Notes: generated by a model not told the origin, from the sequence alone. A stretch of 64,000 nucleotides of DNA from an archaeon (GCA_024277205.1 JAJRVP010000021.1:25130-89129); one strand, 5' to 3'. Shown: positions 36,348 to 47,063, numbered from the stretch's first letter. A program made the numbers and translations.

Positions 36348-37382
36348 TCACTTTGGAATAAAAGAACTCAAAATTTTATATCCTTTTTTCTTTACAAGAA
36401 CAACATCTTCTATGCGAACCCCAAATCTATTTTTTAAATAAATCCCCGGCTCAATTGTTATTACATTCCCCTTTTTTAGAACTTCTCTACTGTCTTGAGA
36501 TAAACTTGGTGTCTCATGCATGTCTAATCCAATACCATGCCCAGATGAATGCACAAAATATTTCTTCAAGTTGTATTTAGCAAAAAAATTTCTTGTTGCA
36601 GAATCAACTTTTTTTGCAGGCACACCTTCTTTAATTTTAGAGATAGCTTCTTTTTGTGCTTCTAAAACAATTTCATAAATTTCTTTTTGTAATTTTTTAT
36701 TTTTGAGCAAAATTGTTCTTGTTATATCTGTGCCATAATTATTCACTTTTGGCCCGATATCTAATAAAAGCAAATTTTTCAATCTTTTATTTGAAACTTG
36801 TTTATGTATCCCAGCAGAATTTTCATCAACTTGTACAATGCAAAAATTATCTTCACAACCATTTTCAATGAAACTCTTTTTAATAATTTTCCAAATTTCT
36901 AATTCTTTCATCCCACGTTTAATTTTTTCTTTAACTTTTTCAATAGTTTTATTGGCAACTTTTGTTGCCTTAACTATCTTTTTAATTTCATTTTCATCTT
37001 TTATAGAACGTAATTGAGTTATATCTTCATAGACATCAACAAACTTTTTCTTTACTATTTTTTTCAAAGCTTTAAAAGTATTAACAGGAATTGAACTTTC
37101 ATAACCAACAACCTGGAAGTCTTTTGTAAGCTCTCTAAGATAATTTTTAAATTCTTTTTTATCTTTGTAAGTGAGGATCTCAAAACTCTTTTTTATATTT
37201 TCTTCTTCAAGAAGACTTGTTACTATTTTTGGTTTTCCTTTTTGAGGCACAAACAAAAATCCGCTCCCAGACAAGATGTTTGATTTTGTAAAGTAAAAAA
37301 TATTTTTCTTATCTTTAACAATTGCACAATCAACTTCTTTTTTTCTCAACATTTTTTGAAAATTTAAAAGTCTTTTATCCAT
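36348..37382 (-). CDS. M24-family Xaa-Pro aminopeptidase/dipeptidase
   Basis: Pita-bread fold metal ligands: LLLDIGPKVNNYGTDITRT, HSSGHGIGLDMHETP, VITIEPGIY and VRIEDVVLV. Confidence 0.85.
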   Translation of the reverse strand: MDKRLLNFQKMLRKKEVDCAIVKDKKNIFYFTKSNILSGSGFLFVPQKGKPKIVTSLLEEENIKKSFEILTYKDKKEFKNYLRELTKDFQVVGYESSIPVNTFKALKKIVKKKFVDVYEDITQLRSIKDENEIKKIVKATKVANKTIEKVKEKIKRGMKELEIWKIIKKSFIENGCEDNFCIVQVDENSAGIHKQVSNKRLKNLLLLDIGPKVNNYGTDITRTILLKNKKLQKEIYEIVLEAQKEAISKIKEGVPAKKVDSATRNFFAKYNLKKYFVHSSGHGIGLDMHETPSLSQDSREVLKKGNVITIEPGIYLKNRFGVRIEDVVLVKKKGYKILSSFIPK

Positions 37383-37897
37383 TTTATTTCACCAAAACTC
37401 ATTTTCTTTTTCTTGCTAACAATGTCTAGTATTTCATCAACAACTTCTTTAGGTTTTTTGTTCGAAGTATCTATTTCATGCAAATGTTTTTTATGCCCCA
37501 TTTCAATAGATTCAATTAAGCAGGCGTCCAAAAATTCACACATAACATTTTCAGCGACTTTTTGTTTTGAGTAACCACGCTTTTCAAGTCTTCTTTCTAG
37601 GACTATTGGGTCGCATCTTAAAACAAAACAAAAATCCACAATTCTAGGAGAAATAAAGTGGGATAGATGAGAAGGGATTATGTAATCTTGATTTTTTTCA
37701 ATTTCAGCTTTAATAGCCTTGCTTATTTTAGATTCATCAATCACCATAGACATTGTTTTTTCATCATACTCAAGTATTATCTTATGCTTTCCCGCAACTT
37801 CTTTTAAATCTATTATTTTGGCATTTAACTTTTCAGCAAGAATTTTACTTATTGTGCTTTTTCCAACCCCAGGAGTCCCGGTTAGTATAATAATCAT
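37364..37897 (-). CDS. Adenylate kinase-like NTPase (AK6/Fap7 type)
   Basis: P-loop MIIILTGTPGVGKSTISKILAEKL. About 177 aa, the size typical of archaeal Fap7-like kinases. Confidence 0.7.
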   Translation of the reverse strand: MIIILTGTPGVGKSTISKILAEKLNAKIIDLKEVAGKHKIILEYDEKTMSMVIDESKISKAIKAEIEKNQDYIIPSHLSHFISPRIVDFCFVLRCDPIVLERRLEKRGYSKQKVAENVMCEFLDACLIESIEMGHKKHLHEIDTSNKKPKEVVDEILDIVSKKKKMSFGEIKWIKDF

Positions 37898-37938
37898 AGA
37901 AAAATAAAGAAATAAGGCAAATATAAAGTTGAAGTAAC

Positions 37939-38556
37939 CTATGCTCTAGATCTCACCAAACCCGCTGCTTCTGCTTCTTCTTTACCCATCAATGCCACAG
38001 TTTTCCGTAATTCGACTTGTTCTGCCCTTTCTAAGTTTAATATTTGAAGAAGCTCTTTGTTTAATTGGTTTGCAGATTCCACAATATTTTTAACATGTTG
38101 ATTTACTCCTTTTAATCCTTCAATCAATTCAGATATTATTTTGTAATCCTGCGCATTTTCCTTCATTTCTTGCTGGATCTGCCTTTTTACTTCTTCTGCA
38201 CTTGCATGCACTCGCCTCCACCAATTTCTAGCGGCTTCTGTATTTTTAATTTCTTCTGGAAGTGCCTTACCAGCGATATGCCCTATAACACCCTTTAATT
38301 TGTTTAGAACTAATGTTTTTTGTATTTTCCTTTTTTCAACTTTATTAAGTTTTTTTATTAATTCAAATAAAAAATTAGCTTCTGCATTCAAATGCTTTAT
38401 TTGGTTAATCATCTCATACGCTTCTCTTGTTGCAGAACCACTTAGATATTGTTCTTTTTTTTCTTCGCGCAATAATTTTTCCCATTCCTTCCAATATTTT
38501 TTAGTACTATTCATCATTTCTCTCATTTTTTTATTTGTTCTTGCTAACCAAGCCAT
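37939..38556 (-). CDS. Hypothetical coiled-coil protein
   Basis: 205 aa, strongly helical and charged, with heptad-like repeats. No enzymatic motif. Confidence 0.5.
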   Translation of the reverse strand: MAWLARTNKKMREMMNSTKKYWKEWEKLLREEKKEQYLSGSATREAYEMINQIKHLNAEANFLFELIKKLNKVEKRKIQKTLVLNKLKGVIGHIAGKALPEEIKNTEAARNWWRRVHASAEEVKRQIQQEMKENAQDYKIISELIEGLKGVNQHVKNIVESANQLNKELLQILNLERAEQVELRKTVALMGKEEAEAAGLVRSRA

Positions 38557-39080
38557 TTTATTTCACCTTCCCCTTCAATAGATCTTTTGTATTCACCTCA
38601 CTCAAAATCTTATTCAATTTTTCAAAACTTTTTTATAAAGTATGTGAGAAATCACGCGATAAAACAACGTATCGCACTATAGCAAAACTTTTTCCAAAAA
38701 ATCCACCAACTACTCTTTCTGAAGAATATATTCCATTTAATTATAATGATATTCCTCTTAGAGGGGCAGTACTAGATGTATTAAAAGATTACATGGGTAC
38801 TGATTTCGAACAATTCAAAAAGGCATTATATGATACAGTTCAAAAACACACAAATTCTATTCTTGATTCAAGAAAAACAAAAAAATCTGAATTTGTTCAC
38901 AATATCAAAGTTGCCTTTAATCTTGAAGATCCCAAAGCAGCAGCTTATTTTTTGGAAAGAGCAATCTCATTAATCCCAAAAGAAGATAAAGCGAAAATAG
39001 ATTATGATTGGATACAAACTATTTTGAGAAACATAGAATTAAATGGTTTGTTTTCAGTAATGGCTGAATTGTCAACTTAA
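38535..39080 (+). CDS. Hypothetical protein (start uncertain)
   Basis: The ORF opens with TTG. The first in-frame ATG is late (MGTDFEQFKK..., about 38794). A TATA-like CTTTTTTATAAAG lies at ~38630. The C-terminal 95 aa look protein-like, while the N-terminal part is F/L-rich and may be untranslated. Confidence 0.35.
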   Translation: MFLLTKPFYFTFPFNRSFVFTSLKILFNFSKLFYKVCEKSRDKTTYRTIAKLFPKNPPTTLSEEYIPFNYNDIPLRGAVLDVLKDYMGTDFEQFKKALYDTVQKHTNSILDSRKTKKSEFVHNIKVAFNLEDPKAAAYFLERAISLIPKEDKAKIDYDWIQTILRNIELNGLFSVMAELST

Positions 39081-40621
39081 TATGTAACAACTTCGATTGG
39101 CAAACCAATCCGTCTTTCAAGATTTCTTATTCTTTTTCCACTGCGTCCAATGATTTTCTTAATCTGTTTTTTATTTGCATAAATATAAACAATACCATCT
39201 TTAACTTTTATATCCACATTCATTCTTAACTCTTTCTTGATTTTATCTTCAATGCCCTTTCTGGGAGTTAAGGGAACCACAACAGTTTCCTCACCAAATG
39301 TATACATTTCATATTCAATTTCTCCACTAAAGAAATCCCTTATTTCAACTAGAGGTCTTGCTAAGTCGCTTTCAGTCATTCCAGTAGGAACTTTTACACA
39401 CATATTTAAAGAATACACTTTTGCAACTTCCCCATTCTCAATAAAAATGACAGTATCTACAATTGAAGGAATCATACCTAACTCCACTCTTCTAACAAAT
39501 CTTTGGATTGCATCTATGGGAGAAGTTGCATGAACAACACCAACCATTCCAACACCAGCCAAACGCAAATCAGAATACAATAAGAAATCCTGGTTGCTTC
39601 TCATCTCATCAAAAATAGTATAATCTGGCCTACTTAGTAAAAGAACATCTCTTATTTCATCCAAACTTCCAAGCGCCTTGCTATATTGTGTTATTTCTGC
39701 TGAAAGTCTTAGGTCCCTTGGTGCCTCCACAGTTTTTACAATTTTTTCTTTTTTCATGTAAAACTCTGCAAGGGCTTCTGCAAAAGTTGTTTTTCCATGC
39801 CCAGGCGCTCCTGAGATAAGAATACCACTTGCTTTTGTTTCAAACCTTTCCATGATTTTCTTAGGAAGCTTATAATGTTCAAGCTCAAACTTTTTAATTG
39901 GCCTCACAATTGTGATTTCCCAACCATCTGCAAAAGGAGGTTTTGTAATAACAATTCTATAATTTTTTATTTGGGCAATAGTGCTACCCTTTCTTTCTGT
40001 TTCAATAAAAGAGCCAGCTAGATTCATTCTGCCTTTTTCAATTATTTCTTTTGCAATTTCAACCAATTCCTCTTTTTCAAGATGTTTTCTTCCAACCTTA
40101 ACAAATTGCCAATTTCCAGGTGTTCCTTTTTTAGCAAAAGGAACCAACCCTTCTCTTAAATGTACAGACATTGTTTTAGAATCAAAATATTTTTCAAATG
40201 AAAGTGGTTTCTCAACTTCTTTTTCAACCTCAATAAATATAACTTCTATTCCTTGTGCCTTTGCAGCTTCAGCATCAACCTTGTCAAGAGTTACAAAAAT
40301 AGCATCTTCTTTTAATGCCAACTCGCGAATCATTGCATCGATTTCACCAGCTTTTGCATATTTAATTTCAAATTCTTTTGGACGTTGCCCAACATATTTT
40401 AGTTTAATTTTTTTATTTTTCTTAGAAATTTCTTTTAATTTTTGCAATTCTTCTAATCCAAGAAAGCCAACTTCTCTTCCATAATTTGCCTGCGCTTCAA
40501 GTTCTGCAAGCACAGCATTATGTACCAAAATCTCTGCTTCTTTAATTTTCTTTTTTTCAATCATCTTTGATAAGACACCATCTATAATTGCAGATGTGTC
40601 TGGACAAAATCTTTTACCCAT
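39077..40621 (-). CDS. PIN domain - PilT-like ATPase - KH domain protein (COG1855-type)
   Basis: N-terminal PIN (FCPDTSAIIDGV), Walker A ISGAPGHGKTTFAEAL, and a C-terminal KH with GRSGKRIRNLERRIG. First ATG at 40621. Confidence 0.8.
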   Translation of the reverse strand: MGKRFCPDTSAIIDGVLSKMIEKKKIKEAEILVHNAVLAELEAQANYGREVGFLGLEELQKLKEISKKNKKIKLKYVGQRPKEFEIKYAKAGEIDAMIRELALKEDAIFVTLDKVDAEAAKAQGIEVIFIEVEKEVEKPLSFEKYFDSKTMSVHLREGLVPFAKKGTPGNWQFVKVGRKHLEKEELVEIAKEIIEKGRMNLAGSFIETERKGSTIAQIKNYRIVITKPPFADGWEITIVRPIKKFELEHYKLPKKIMERFETKASGILISGAPGHGKTTFAEALAEFYMKKEKIVKTVEAPRDLRLSAEITQYSKALGSLDEIRDVLLLSRPDYTIFDEMRSNQDFLLYSDLRLAGVGMVGVVHATSPIDAIQRFVRRVELGMIPSIVDTVIFIENGEVAKVYSLNMCVKVPTGMTESDLARPLVEIRDFFSGEIEYEMYTFGEETVVVPLTPRKGIEDKIKKELRMNVDIKVKDGIVYIYANKKQIKKIIGRSGKRIRNLERRIGLPIEVVTY

Positions 40622-40667
40622 TTTTATCAAAGTTTTAGATTCAGCAACACTTTATTAGCATTACGAA

Positions 40668-40814
40668 TTAATCAAATAAGAACAAATTCGAAAGCATTTC
40701 TAAAAGCCCCTTTCCTTTTGCACTCCACAATAACCAAAGCACAACAAAACCAGCTAAAGCAGCAATTAAGAAAATTATAACCATAACTTCAGAGGATATT
40801 CCTTTTCTACTCAT
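40668..40814 (-). CDS. Small single-pass membrane protein (48 aa), not in the ORF track
   Basis: MSRKGISSEVMVIIFLIAALAGFVVLWLLWSAKGKGLLEMLSNLFLFD. Its ATG overlaps the serS stop (AATGAGTAG). It fills an otherwise empty 180-nt gap between co-directional genes. Confidence 0.4.
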   Translation of the reverse strand: MSRKGISSEVMVIIFLIAALAGFVVLWLLWSAKGKGLLEMLSNLFLFD

Positions 40815-42084
40815 TTTTAATCTCCATTTTTTTGAATCCTGTATACCTCCATAGGGCTTTCGGAATTTTTACACTTCCATCTTTTTGCTGATGATTTTCA
40901 ATAAGAGCACAAATTGTCCTTTCAGTTGCAATTGCAGTATTGTTTAGTGTATGCACAAATTCTTTTTCTCCCCCAACCTTGCCGAATTTTATATTTAATT
41001 TTCTTGCTTGGTAATCTGTTGTATTTGTTGCAGAACCTAATTCACGATATTTATTTTGACTTGGGAACCAACCTTCCAAATCATATTTCTTTGCACCATT
41101 ATCATTCATTTCCCCACTTGCAATATTTACAATTCTATATGGTATCTCAAGCCCTTGGAAAATTTTTTCTGTTATTTTAATCATTTTTTCATGCCAATTC
41201 CAAGATTCTTCTGGTTTGCATATAACATATTGCTCAACCTTATCAAATTGGTGAACTCTAAAAATTCCTTTTGTATCCTTTCCATGACTTCCTGCCTCTT
41301 TTCTAAAATTAGTAGAAAACCCAACATACTTTATTGGCAATTCCTTTTCATTTAAGATTTCATTAGCATGATAAGAAGCAAGAGGTTGTTCTGTTGTTGC
41401 AATTAGATACCAATCTTCATTTTTTATTTCATAAAGCTGTTCTTCAAAATCAGCAAGCTCTGCAGATTTTTTCATAAAATCCTTTCTTAATACAAAAGGT
41501 GTCCACATTGGAGTAAAACCTTCTTCAATTAAAACATCAAAAGCATATCTGATAAGTGCAAGATTAAGTAAAACACCCTTACCTTTTAAATAATAAAATC
41601 TTGAACCTGCAATTTTTGCTGCTTTTTCAACATCAGCAATTCCTAAATCGATAATTAAATCTGCATGGGGCTTTGCTTTAAAATTAAACTTTGGAATTTT
41701 TCCCCAAGTTTTTACTGTTACATTCCCTTCTTCTGTTTTAGCAATAGGAACAGATTCATGTAAAATATTCCCAATTTTATATCTTGCTTCATCTCTTTTC
41801 TTCAGGATATCCCTTGCTTTATCTTCAAGTTTAGAAATTTTATCAGAAAGAGTTTTCATCTCTTTTATTTTGTCTTCTGCGCTTTGCCCTTGTTTTTTTA
41901 GTTTATTTATCTCAACAGAAACATTATTGAGTTCGTGTTTTAATTTTTGAAATTTGGCAGTAGTTTTTCGCCATTCATCATCCAATTTAATAACTAAATC
42001 AACATTTTTTGTATCTTTAAACCTCTTTTTTTCAGATTCTCTGATTATATCCGGATTTTCCCTGAAAAGTTTGATATCTAACAT
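40807..42084 (-). CDS. serS: Seryl-tRNA synthetase
   Basis: MLDIKLFRENPD start, an N-terminal coiled-coil arm, and class II motifs (FRKEAGSHGKDTKGIFRVHQF, GSATNTTDYQARK, HTLNNTAIATERT). First ATG at 42084. Confidence 0.9.
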   Translation of the reverse strand: MLDIKLFRENPDIIRESEKKRFKDTKNVDLVIKLDDEWRKTTAKFQKLKHELNNVSVEINKLKKQGQSAEDKIKEMKTLSDKISKLEDKARDILKKRDEARYKIGNILHESVPIAKTEEGNVTVKTWGKIPKFNFKAKPHADLIIDLGIADVEKAAKIAGSRFYYLKGKGVLLNLALIRYAFDVLIEEGFTPMWTPFVLRKDFMKKSAELADFEEQLYEIKNEDWYLIATTEQPLASYHANEILNEKELPIKYVGFSTNFRKEAGSHGKDTKGIFRVHQFDKVEQYVICKPEESWNWHEKMIKITEKIFQGLEIPYRIVNIASGEMNDNGAKKYDLEGWFPSQNKYRELGSATNTTDYQARKLNIKFGKVGGEKEFVHTLNNTAIATERTICALIENHQQKDGSVKIPKALWRYTGFKKMEIKNE

Positions 42085-42212
42085 ATTATATTTCAAGAAT
42101 TGTAGTAATAAAAGTTTTCTGTAATCATAAAAGTAGGATATTTCGTTTAAAATTATGTCCGATATCTTTTTAAAAGATACGCAGGATTATATATAATTGG
42201 GGGTAGGTAGCT

Positions 42213-45200
42213 ATGAAATCTAGTTTAAAGAATTCTGTGGGGAAAACTAAAATTTCTTCAAGAGCAAATGCTCAATCAAAAGTGTTCCTCGCAATAATTG
42301 TTACTTTCATAGCGTCAGCTCTGCTTATTGGTGGAGTTTTAGCATTGACTGGAACAATTCAACTAAACTCTCCAATAGATAATCTGAATACTACCTCTGA
42401 TAATAATACTTTGGCTTTTAACTTTACACTTTTATCAAATGATAATGCAACTGCAGATTGTACTTTATACATCGATTCTAATGCAGTTAAAACTGCAAAT
42501 GTTGCAAATAACACCCCAACTGTTTTTTATTCAAACACTTCTTGGACAGAAGCTGCACATACATGGTTTATAAATTGTACTAATGGAACAACTATTTCTT
42601 CAGCAACGAGAACATTCACATATGATTTAACTCCCCCAACAACTACTGATGATGCCCCAACAGGATGGCAGAACTCAGCATTCACAGTTACACTTACACC
42701 AACAGACACACTCACTGGTGTTGTATCCACCCAATACAAAATTGATGTAGGAACTTGGCAGACAGGTACTTCTATTTCAATAAATACAGATGGTAACCAC
42801 ACAATCCAATACAATTCTACAGATTATGCTGGAAATATAGAAGCAACAAAAACAACCTATGCCGCTTTGGATACTACAGCACCAACAGTAACTTTAGCAG
42901 CCCCAGCAAATGCTATTGTGACTAATTCCACCACCATACAATTCAATTATTCTTATACAGACGCATATTCTGCAACTGCTAATTGTAATTTGACAGTATA
43001 TAACAGCACGAGTAGTGCTATTGTTGTATTGTCGGATGTTGCAAATAATAATTCAGATGTTATAAATTCCACAACGATAACTAATGATGATACTTACTCG
43101 TGGAATGTAACTTGTGTAGACCATGTTGGCAATACTGGAAACTCAGCAACAAGAACATTTACAATTGATACAACACTACCTTCAATTATTTTAAATTTCC
43201 CAACAAACAATACTTTTATTGCACCAGGAACAATAATTAATTTTACGATTACTGATACAAATTTAGATACAGTAACATATCAAATCAATGGTGGCACAAC
43301 ACAAACATTTGCTTCACCATATAATATAGACACAACAGGTTGGGCAGATGGGACATACACAATTGTAGTAAATGCAAATGATACTGCAGGAAACGCAAAT
43401 AGTGACACATTTAAATTTACAATAGATGGTACTCCACCAACAACAACTGCAAATGCAGGAACATATACATTCGGAAATTGGACAAATCAAGCAGTTACTG
43501 TCACACTATCTGCAACAGATACAGGTTCTGGTGTAGACACAATCTTATACTGTACTGACACAACAAACACTTGTACTCCAAATCAAGCCTACTCAACTTC
43601 AATCACCATTTCAACTGAAGGTACATCATACATCAGATTCTTAGCAAACGATTCTGTTGGCAACACAGAAACAGTAAATAGTGAAACAATAATGATAGAT
43701 ACAACAGCACCCAATGCAACATTAGCATCTCCAATCAATGCTAATTTAAGCTCAAAAACAGTCAACTTCCAATATACAATTCCTAACGATGGTAAATCAA
43801 ATAGTAATTGTAATTTAACAGTTTATTATTCAAATGGTACTCAATTATCTGGAGTATATCAGTATGATTCGTCCCTTCCACCAGGTTCTACTGTTACACC
43901 CACACTTACAATGCCAAATGATGGTGTATTTCTTTGGAATGTAACTTGTACAGATGATGCAGGTAATCTCGGAACATCCACCACTGAAAGTTTTACAGTT
44001 GATACTATAAACCCAGATGTACAATTTATCACACCAATAGATGGAGCAAGAATAATTGGAAGTGTTCAATTTATTGTTTCTGCATCTGATACTCTTACTG
44101 GGATTGACCCATCCACCATTGTGATTAACGCAAGTGGAACAATATATTCAATGACTTTGTCTCAAGGTGGTGATAAAAATAATGGGAATTACACAGTTAC
44201 AATAGATACAACTATGCTTACAGATGGGTGGAATACATTTGAAGTATACGTTGATGATTATGCAGGTAATTCCAACAATACAGTAAATATTACATTGTAT
44301 GTAGATAATACGCCACCAACAATCACACTAATCAATCCACAAGACAATTCATATAACAATACTGGGACTCTTAATATAACATTTAGCGCTGATGATACTG
44401 GTGCTTCAACAGTAGGAGAAAATATGCACTGTGAGATTATAGTTTATTTCAATTCAACAAATCAAACACAAATTCAAAATCCTTACACACCAGGTGCGCA
44501 GGTAACAAAAACATTTAGTTTGCCACAAGATGTTTACACTTGGGAAGTGTATTGTAATGATAGGCAAGACGATTCAGGGAATAATCTAACAACAGCACTA
44601 AGGACGTATACAATAGATTTACAACCCGTAAATATTTCTGATGTGGATACCACACCAGACATGTTTGCTTGTGTTATCCCAGGGCACAATGTCAATAGTC
44701 AAATAACTTTTGTTGTATCTGCAATAGATATCGGACCTGCAGGAGTTGATTGGGTAAAAGCAAATATTTCAGAGATAAACAATTCAGCACCATTATTGGA
44801 TATGGCATTTAATGGTGTGGATTGGGTAGCAACAATTACAATCAATGATACGAGTAACTATGACTTTAGGGATTTAAATATAACTTTTACTGCAAGAGAT
44901 AAGGCTGGAAATGACTATTACTTATGGAATGGAATAGATCCGTTTACAACAGTTATCCTTTATAATATGACAACCCCACCACTTGAAAACGAAACTTGTG
45001 AGAGAACAACTTCCAATACAACAAATTTCTGTGATGAGCTTGATTTTAATAACATAAATTTCATTATGGAAGTTGAGAGAAATGGTTCTGCAGAATGTAA
45101 TCCAGAAACACAAGGAAGAGGATTGCCATGGGGAGATACTTTTGCAAAGGTTATTACCTTAAACTTCACATCTGTTAACTTTTCAGATCCAAACATTGGG

Positions 45201-47063
45201 CAAAAAATGGAAAGATTAGGTGGTGCGATTAGACCACATATAACTCCACCAGGTGAATTCGGAGATAGCTGGATATATGTCAATACAACTGCATTTAATG
45301 AATTAAACACTGTAACAACAATTACAATGTATGGACTTCCTTTTGCAAACAAACCAAATATAACAGGCCCTGGAGCAGTTACTTTCATTTCTTGGATAGA
45401 AAACACACCATATAACATTAGTGGAATGATTGTACCAAACGGAGATTTAACTTTTTCAGTTGGGGGATTTTCACAGTATAATATAACAGATGTTCTAGCA
45501 CCAACAATAACAATTAATACACCCACTGGAACAATAACAGACACAACACCACTTGTTAATGTTTCTGTTAATGGAACAGGAACAATGTTGAGTTATTTAG
45601 AGGTATCTATTGATGGAACTATACTTCTTTCATATAACTCAACAGAAATACAACAAAACTGTGTAGATACTTCAACAAATGGAGATTGGGAATCTGTAAT
45701 TTGCACTACAACATCATCGCAATTAGAGGGTGGGGAACATGATTTAGTTGTTTATGCAGCAGACTTTGGTGGTGAAGAGCCAGGAAACAATGCTACAGAA
45801 GCATCTGTATTTGTAGTTGATACAACCCCACCAATTGTTTCAGGTATAGAAGTAAACAACATTACTAATGCTTCAGCTATAATTATTTTCTCCACTGATG
45901 AAAATGCAGTTTGCTTTGTGGAGTATGGATTGAATAATAGTTTGGGAACCAAAACAGCATTAGATAGTTTATCAACTGCACATTCATTCACATTAAATGG
46001 TTTAAGCGAAGGAACTAGATATTATTACAATATAAATTGTACAGATAATGTTAACAATACAAATACTGCACAGATAGATAGCTTTGTAACAGCTGTAACA
46101 GAAACAAATTCATTAGATAATACAACTACAACAACAGTTGAGTTTAACATAACTGAAAATGGTACTGAAAAAACACTTCTTGAACTTGAAATAAACACAG
46201 CAACAGACATAAATGCAACAATAGAAGTGTTAAAATATGATGAAAATCCAGAAGCTGCAGATTTAAGTGTTCTTGATATAGGGTTATACATTGAGATAGA
46301 ATCTAATGAATTGAATTCATCTACTCTTGATTGGATTGTTATAAAAGCATATTACAATGAAAGTGAACTTCCATCTGGAATTGATGAAACCTCTTTAAGA
46401 TTGTATTGGTACAATAATGCAACGGGGATTTGGGAAGAGGTGACACCAGGTGGGGTAAACACAATAGAGAATTATGTATGGGGCAACACCACTCATCTTT
46501 CTACATATTCTGTTGGAGGAGAATTAACTACAACAGAATCTGGAACAAGTGGTGGCGGAGGTGGTGGAGGAGTTGCACCATCAGGGGAAAACATGACTTG
46601 GGAAGAACAGATATTTACAACACCCCTAACAGTTGGAGATGTTGTGAAATTCACATTTAACAATGAAGAACATACAATAGAGTTGACTTCCTTAGGAGTA
46701 GATTATGCTATATTGAAGATAGCATCAGAACCAATAACCCTTACAATTAATGTTGGGGAAACAAAATGGATTGATATTGATGGGGATGGAACAGACGATA
46801 TAAAAATATATTTTGAAAAAGTAGAGCTTGGAAAAGCATATTTCACACTAGAAAAATTATTCCAACCAACCTCTCCAGAAACAGGTGAAGAAACAGTACC
46901 TCAAGAACCACAACTACCAGAAGAGCGGCCAAAAGAAGAGATTCCAATTACAGAACAACCACAACCAACAGAAGGATTAAACGTGAATACAATAATTATT
47001 ATTGTATTGCTCGCAATAGCTATGGCAGTAGTTTATTACTTTATAACACAGAAAAAGAAGTAA
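42213..47063 (+). CDS. Giant (1616 aa) N-glycosylation-rich cell-surface protein. It has a signal anchor, many Ig-like/beta-sandwich repeats, an Fn3-like domain, a PGF-pre-PGF-like domain and a C-terminal TM anchor.
   Basis: N-terminal hydrophobic segment VFLAIIVTFIASALLIGGVLAL. Repeated blocks of the type TPPTTT....GW.N....VTL...D..SGV....Y......W.......I...G.H.I.Y.S.D.AGN.E. Fn3-like TRYYYNINCTD. The pre-PGF-like block is LYIEIES...SLRLYWYNNATGIWEEV...THLSTYSVGG. The C-terminus is IIIIVLLAIAMAVVYYFITQKKK. There are very many N-x-S/T sequons. Confidence 0.8.
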   Translation: MKSSLKNSVGKTKISSRANAQSKVFLAIIVTFIASALLIGGVLALTGTIQLNSPIDNLNTTSDNNTLAFNFTLLSNDNATADCTLYIDSNAVKTANVANNTPTVFYSNTSWTEAAHTWFINCTNGTTISSATRTFTYDLTPPTTTDDAPTGWQNSAFTVTLTPTDTLTGVVSTQYKIDVGTWQTGTSISINTDGNHTIQYNSTDYAGNIEATKTTYAALDTTAPTVTLAAPANAIVTNSTTIQFNYSYTDAYSATANCNLTVYNSTSSAIVVLSDVANNNSDVINSTTITNDDTYSWNVTCVDHVGNTGNSATRTFTIDTTLPSIILNFPTNNTFIAPGTIINFTITDTNLDTVTYQINGGTTQTFASPYNIDTTGWADGTYTIVVNANDTAGNANSDTFKFTIDGTPPTTTANAGTYTFGNWTNQAVTVTLSATDTGSGVDTILYCTDTTNTCTPNQAYSTSITISTEGTSYIRFLANDSVGNTETVNSETIMIDTTAPNATLASPINANLSSKTVNFQYTIPNDGKSNSNCNLTVYYSNGTQLSGVYQYDSSLPPGSTVTPTLTMPNDGVFLWNVTCTDDAGNLGTSTTESFTVDTINPDVQFITPIDGARIIGSVQFIVSASDTLTGIDPSTIVINASGTIYSMTLSQGGDKNNGNYTVTIDTTMLTDGWNTFEVYVDDYAGNSNNTVNITLYVDNTPPTITLINPQDNSYNNTGTLNITFSADDTGASTVGENMHCEIIVYFNSTNQTQIQNPYTPGAQVTKTFSLPQDVYTWEVYCNDRQDDSGNNLTTALRTYTIDLQPVNISDVDTTPDMFACVIPGHNVNSQITFVVSAIDIGPAGVDWVKANISEINNSAPLLDMAFNGVDWVATITINDTSNYDFRDLNITFTARDKAGNDYYLWNGIDPFTTVILYNMTTPPLENETCERTTSNTTNFCDELDFNNINFIMEVERNGSAECNPETQGRGLPWGDTFAKVITLNFTSVNFSDPNIGQKMERLGGAIRPHITPPGEFGDSWIYVNTTAFNELNTVTTITMYGLPFANKPNITGPGAVTFISWIENTPYNISGMIVPNGDLTFSVGGFSQYNITDVLAPTITINTPTGTITDTTPLVNVSVNGTGTMLSYLEVSIDGTILLSYNSTEIQQNCVDTSTNGDWESVICTTTSSQLEGGEHDLVVYAADFGGEEPGNNATEASVFVVDTTPPIVSGIEVNNITNASAIIIFSTDENAVCFVEYGLNNSLGTKTALDSLSTAHSFTLNGLSEGTRYYYNINCTDNVNNTNTAQIDSFVTAVTETNSLDNTTTTTVEFNITENGTEKTLLELEINTATDINATIEVLKYDENPEAADLSVLDIGLYIEIESNELNSSTLDWIVIKAYYNESELPSGIDETSLRLYWYNNATGIWEEVTPGGVNTIENYVWGNTTHLSTYSVGGELTTTESGTSGGGGGGGVAPSGENMTWEEQIFTTPLTVGDVVKFTFNNEEHTIELTSLGVDYAILKIASEPITLTINVGETKWIDIDGDGTDDIKIYFEKVELGKAYFTLEKLFQPTSPETGEETVPQEPQLPEERPKEEIPITEQPQPTEGLNVNTIIIIVLLAIAMAVVYYFITQKKK

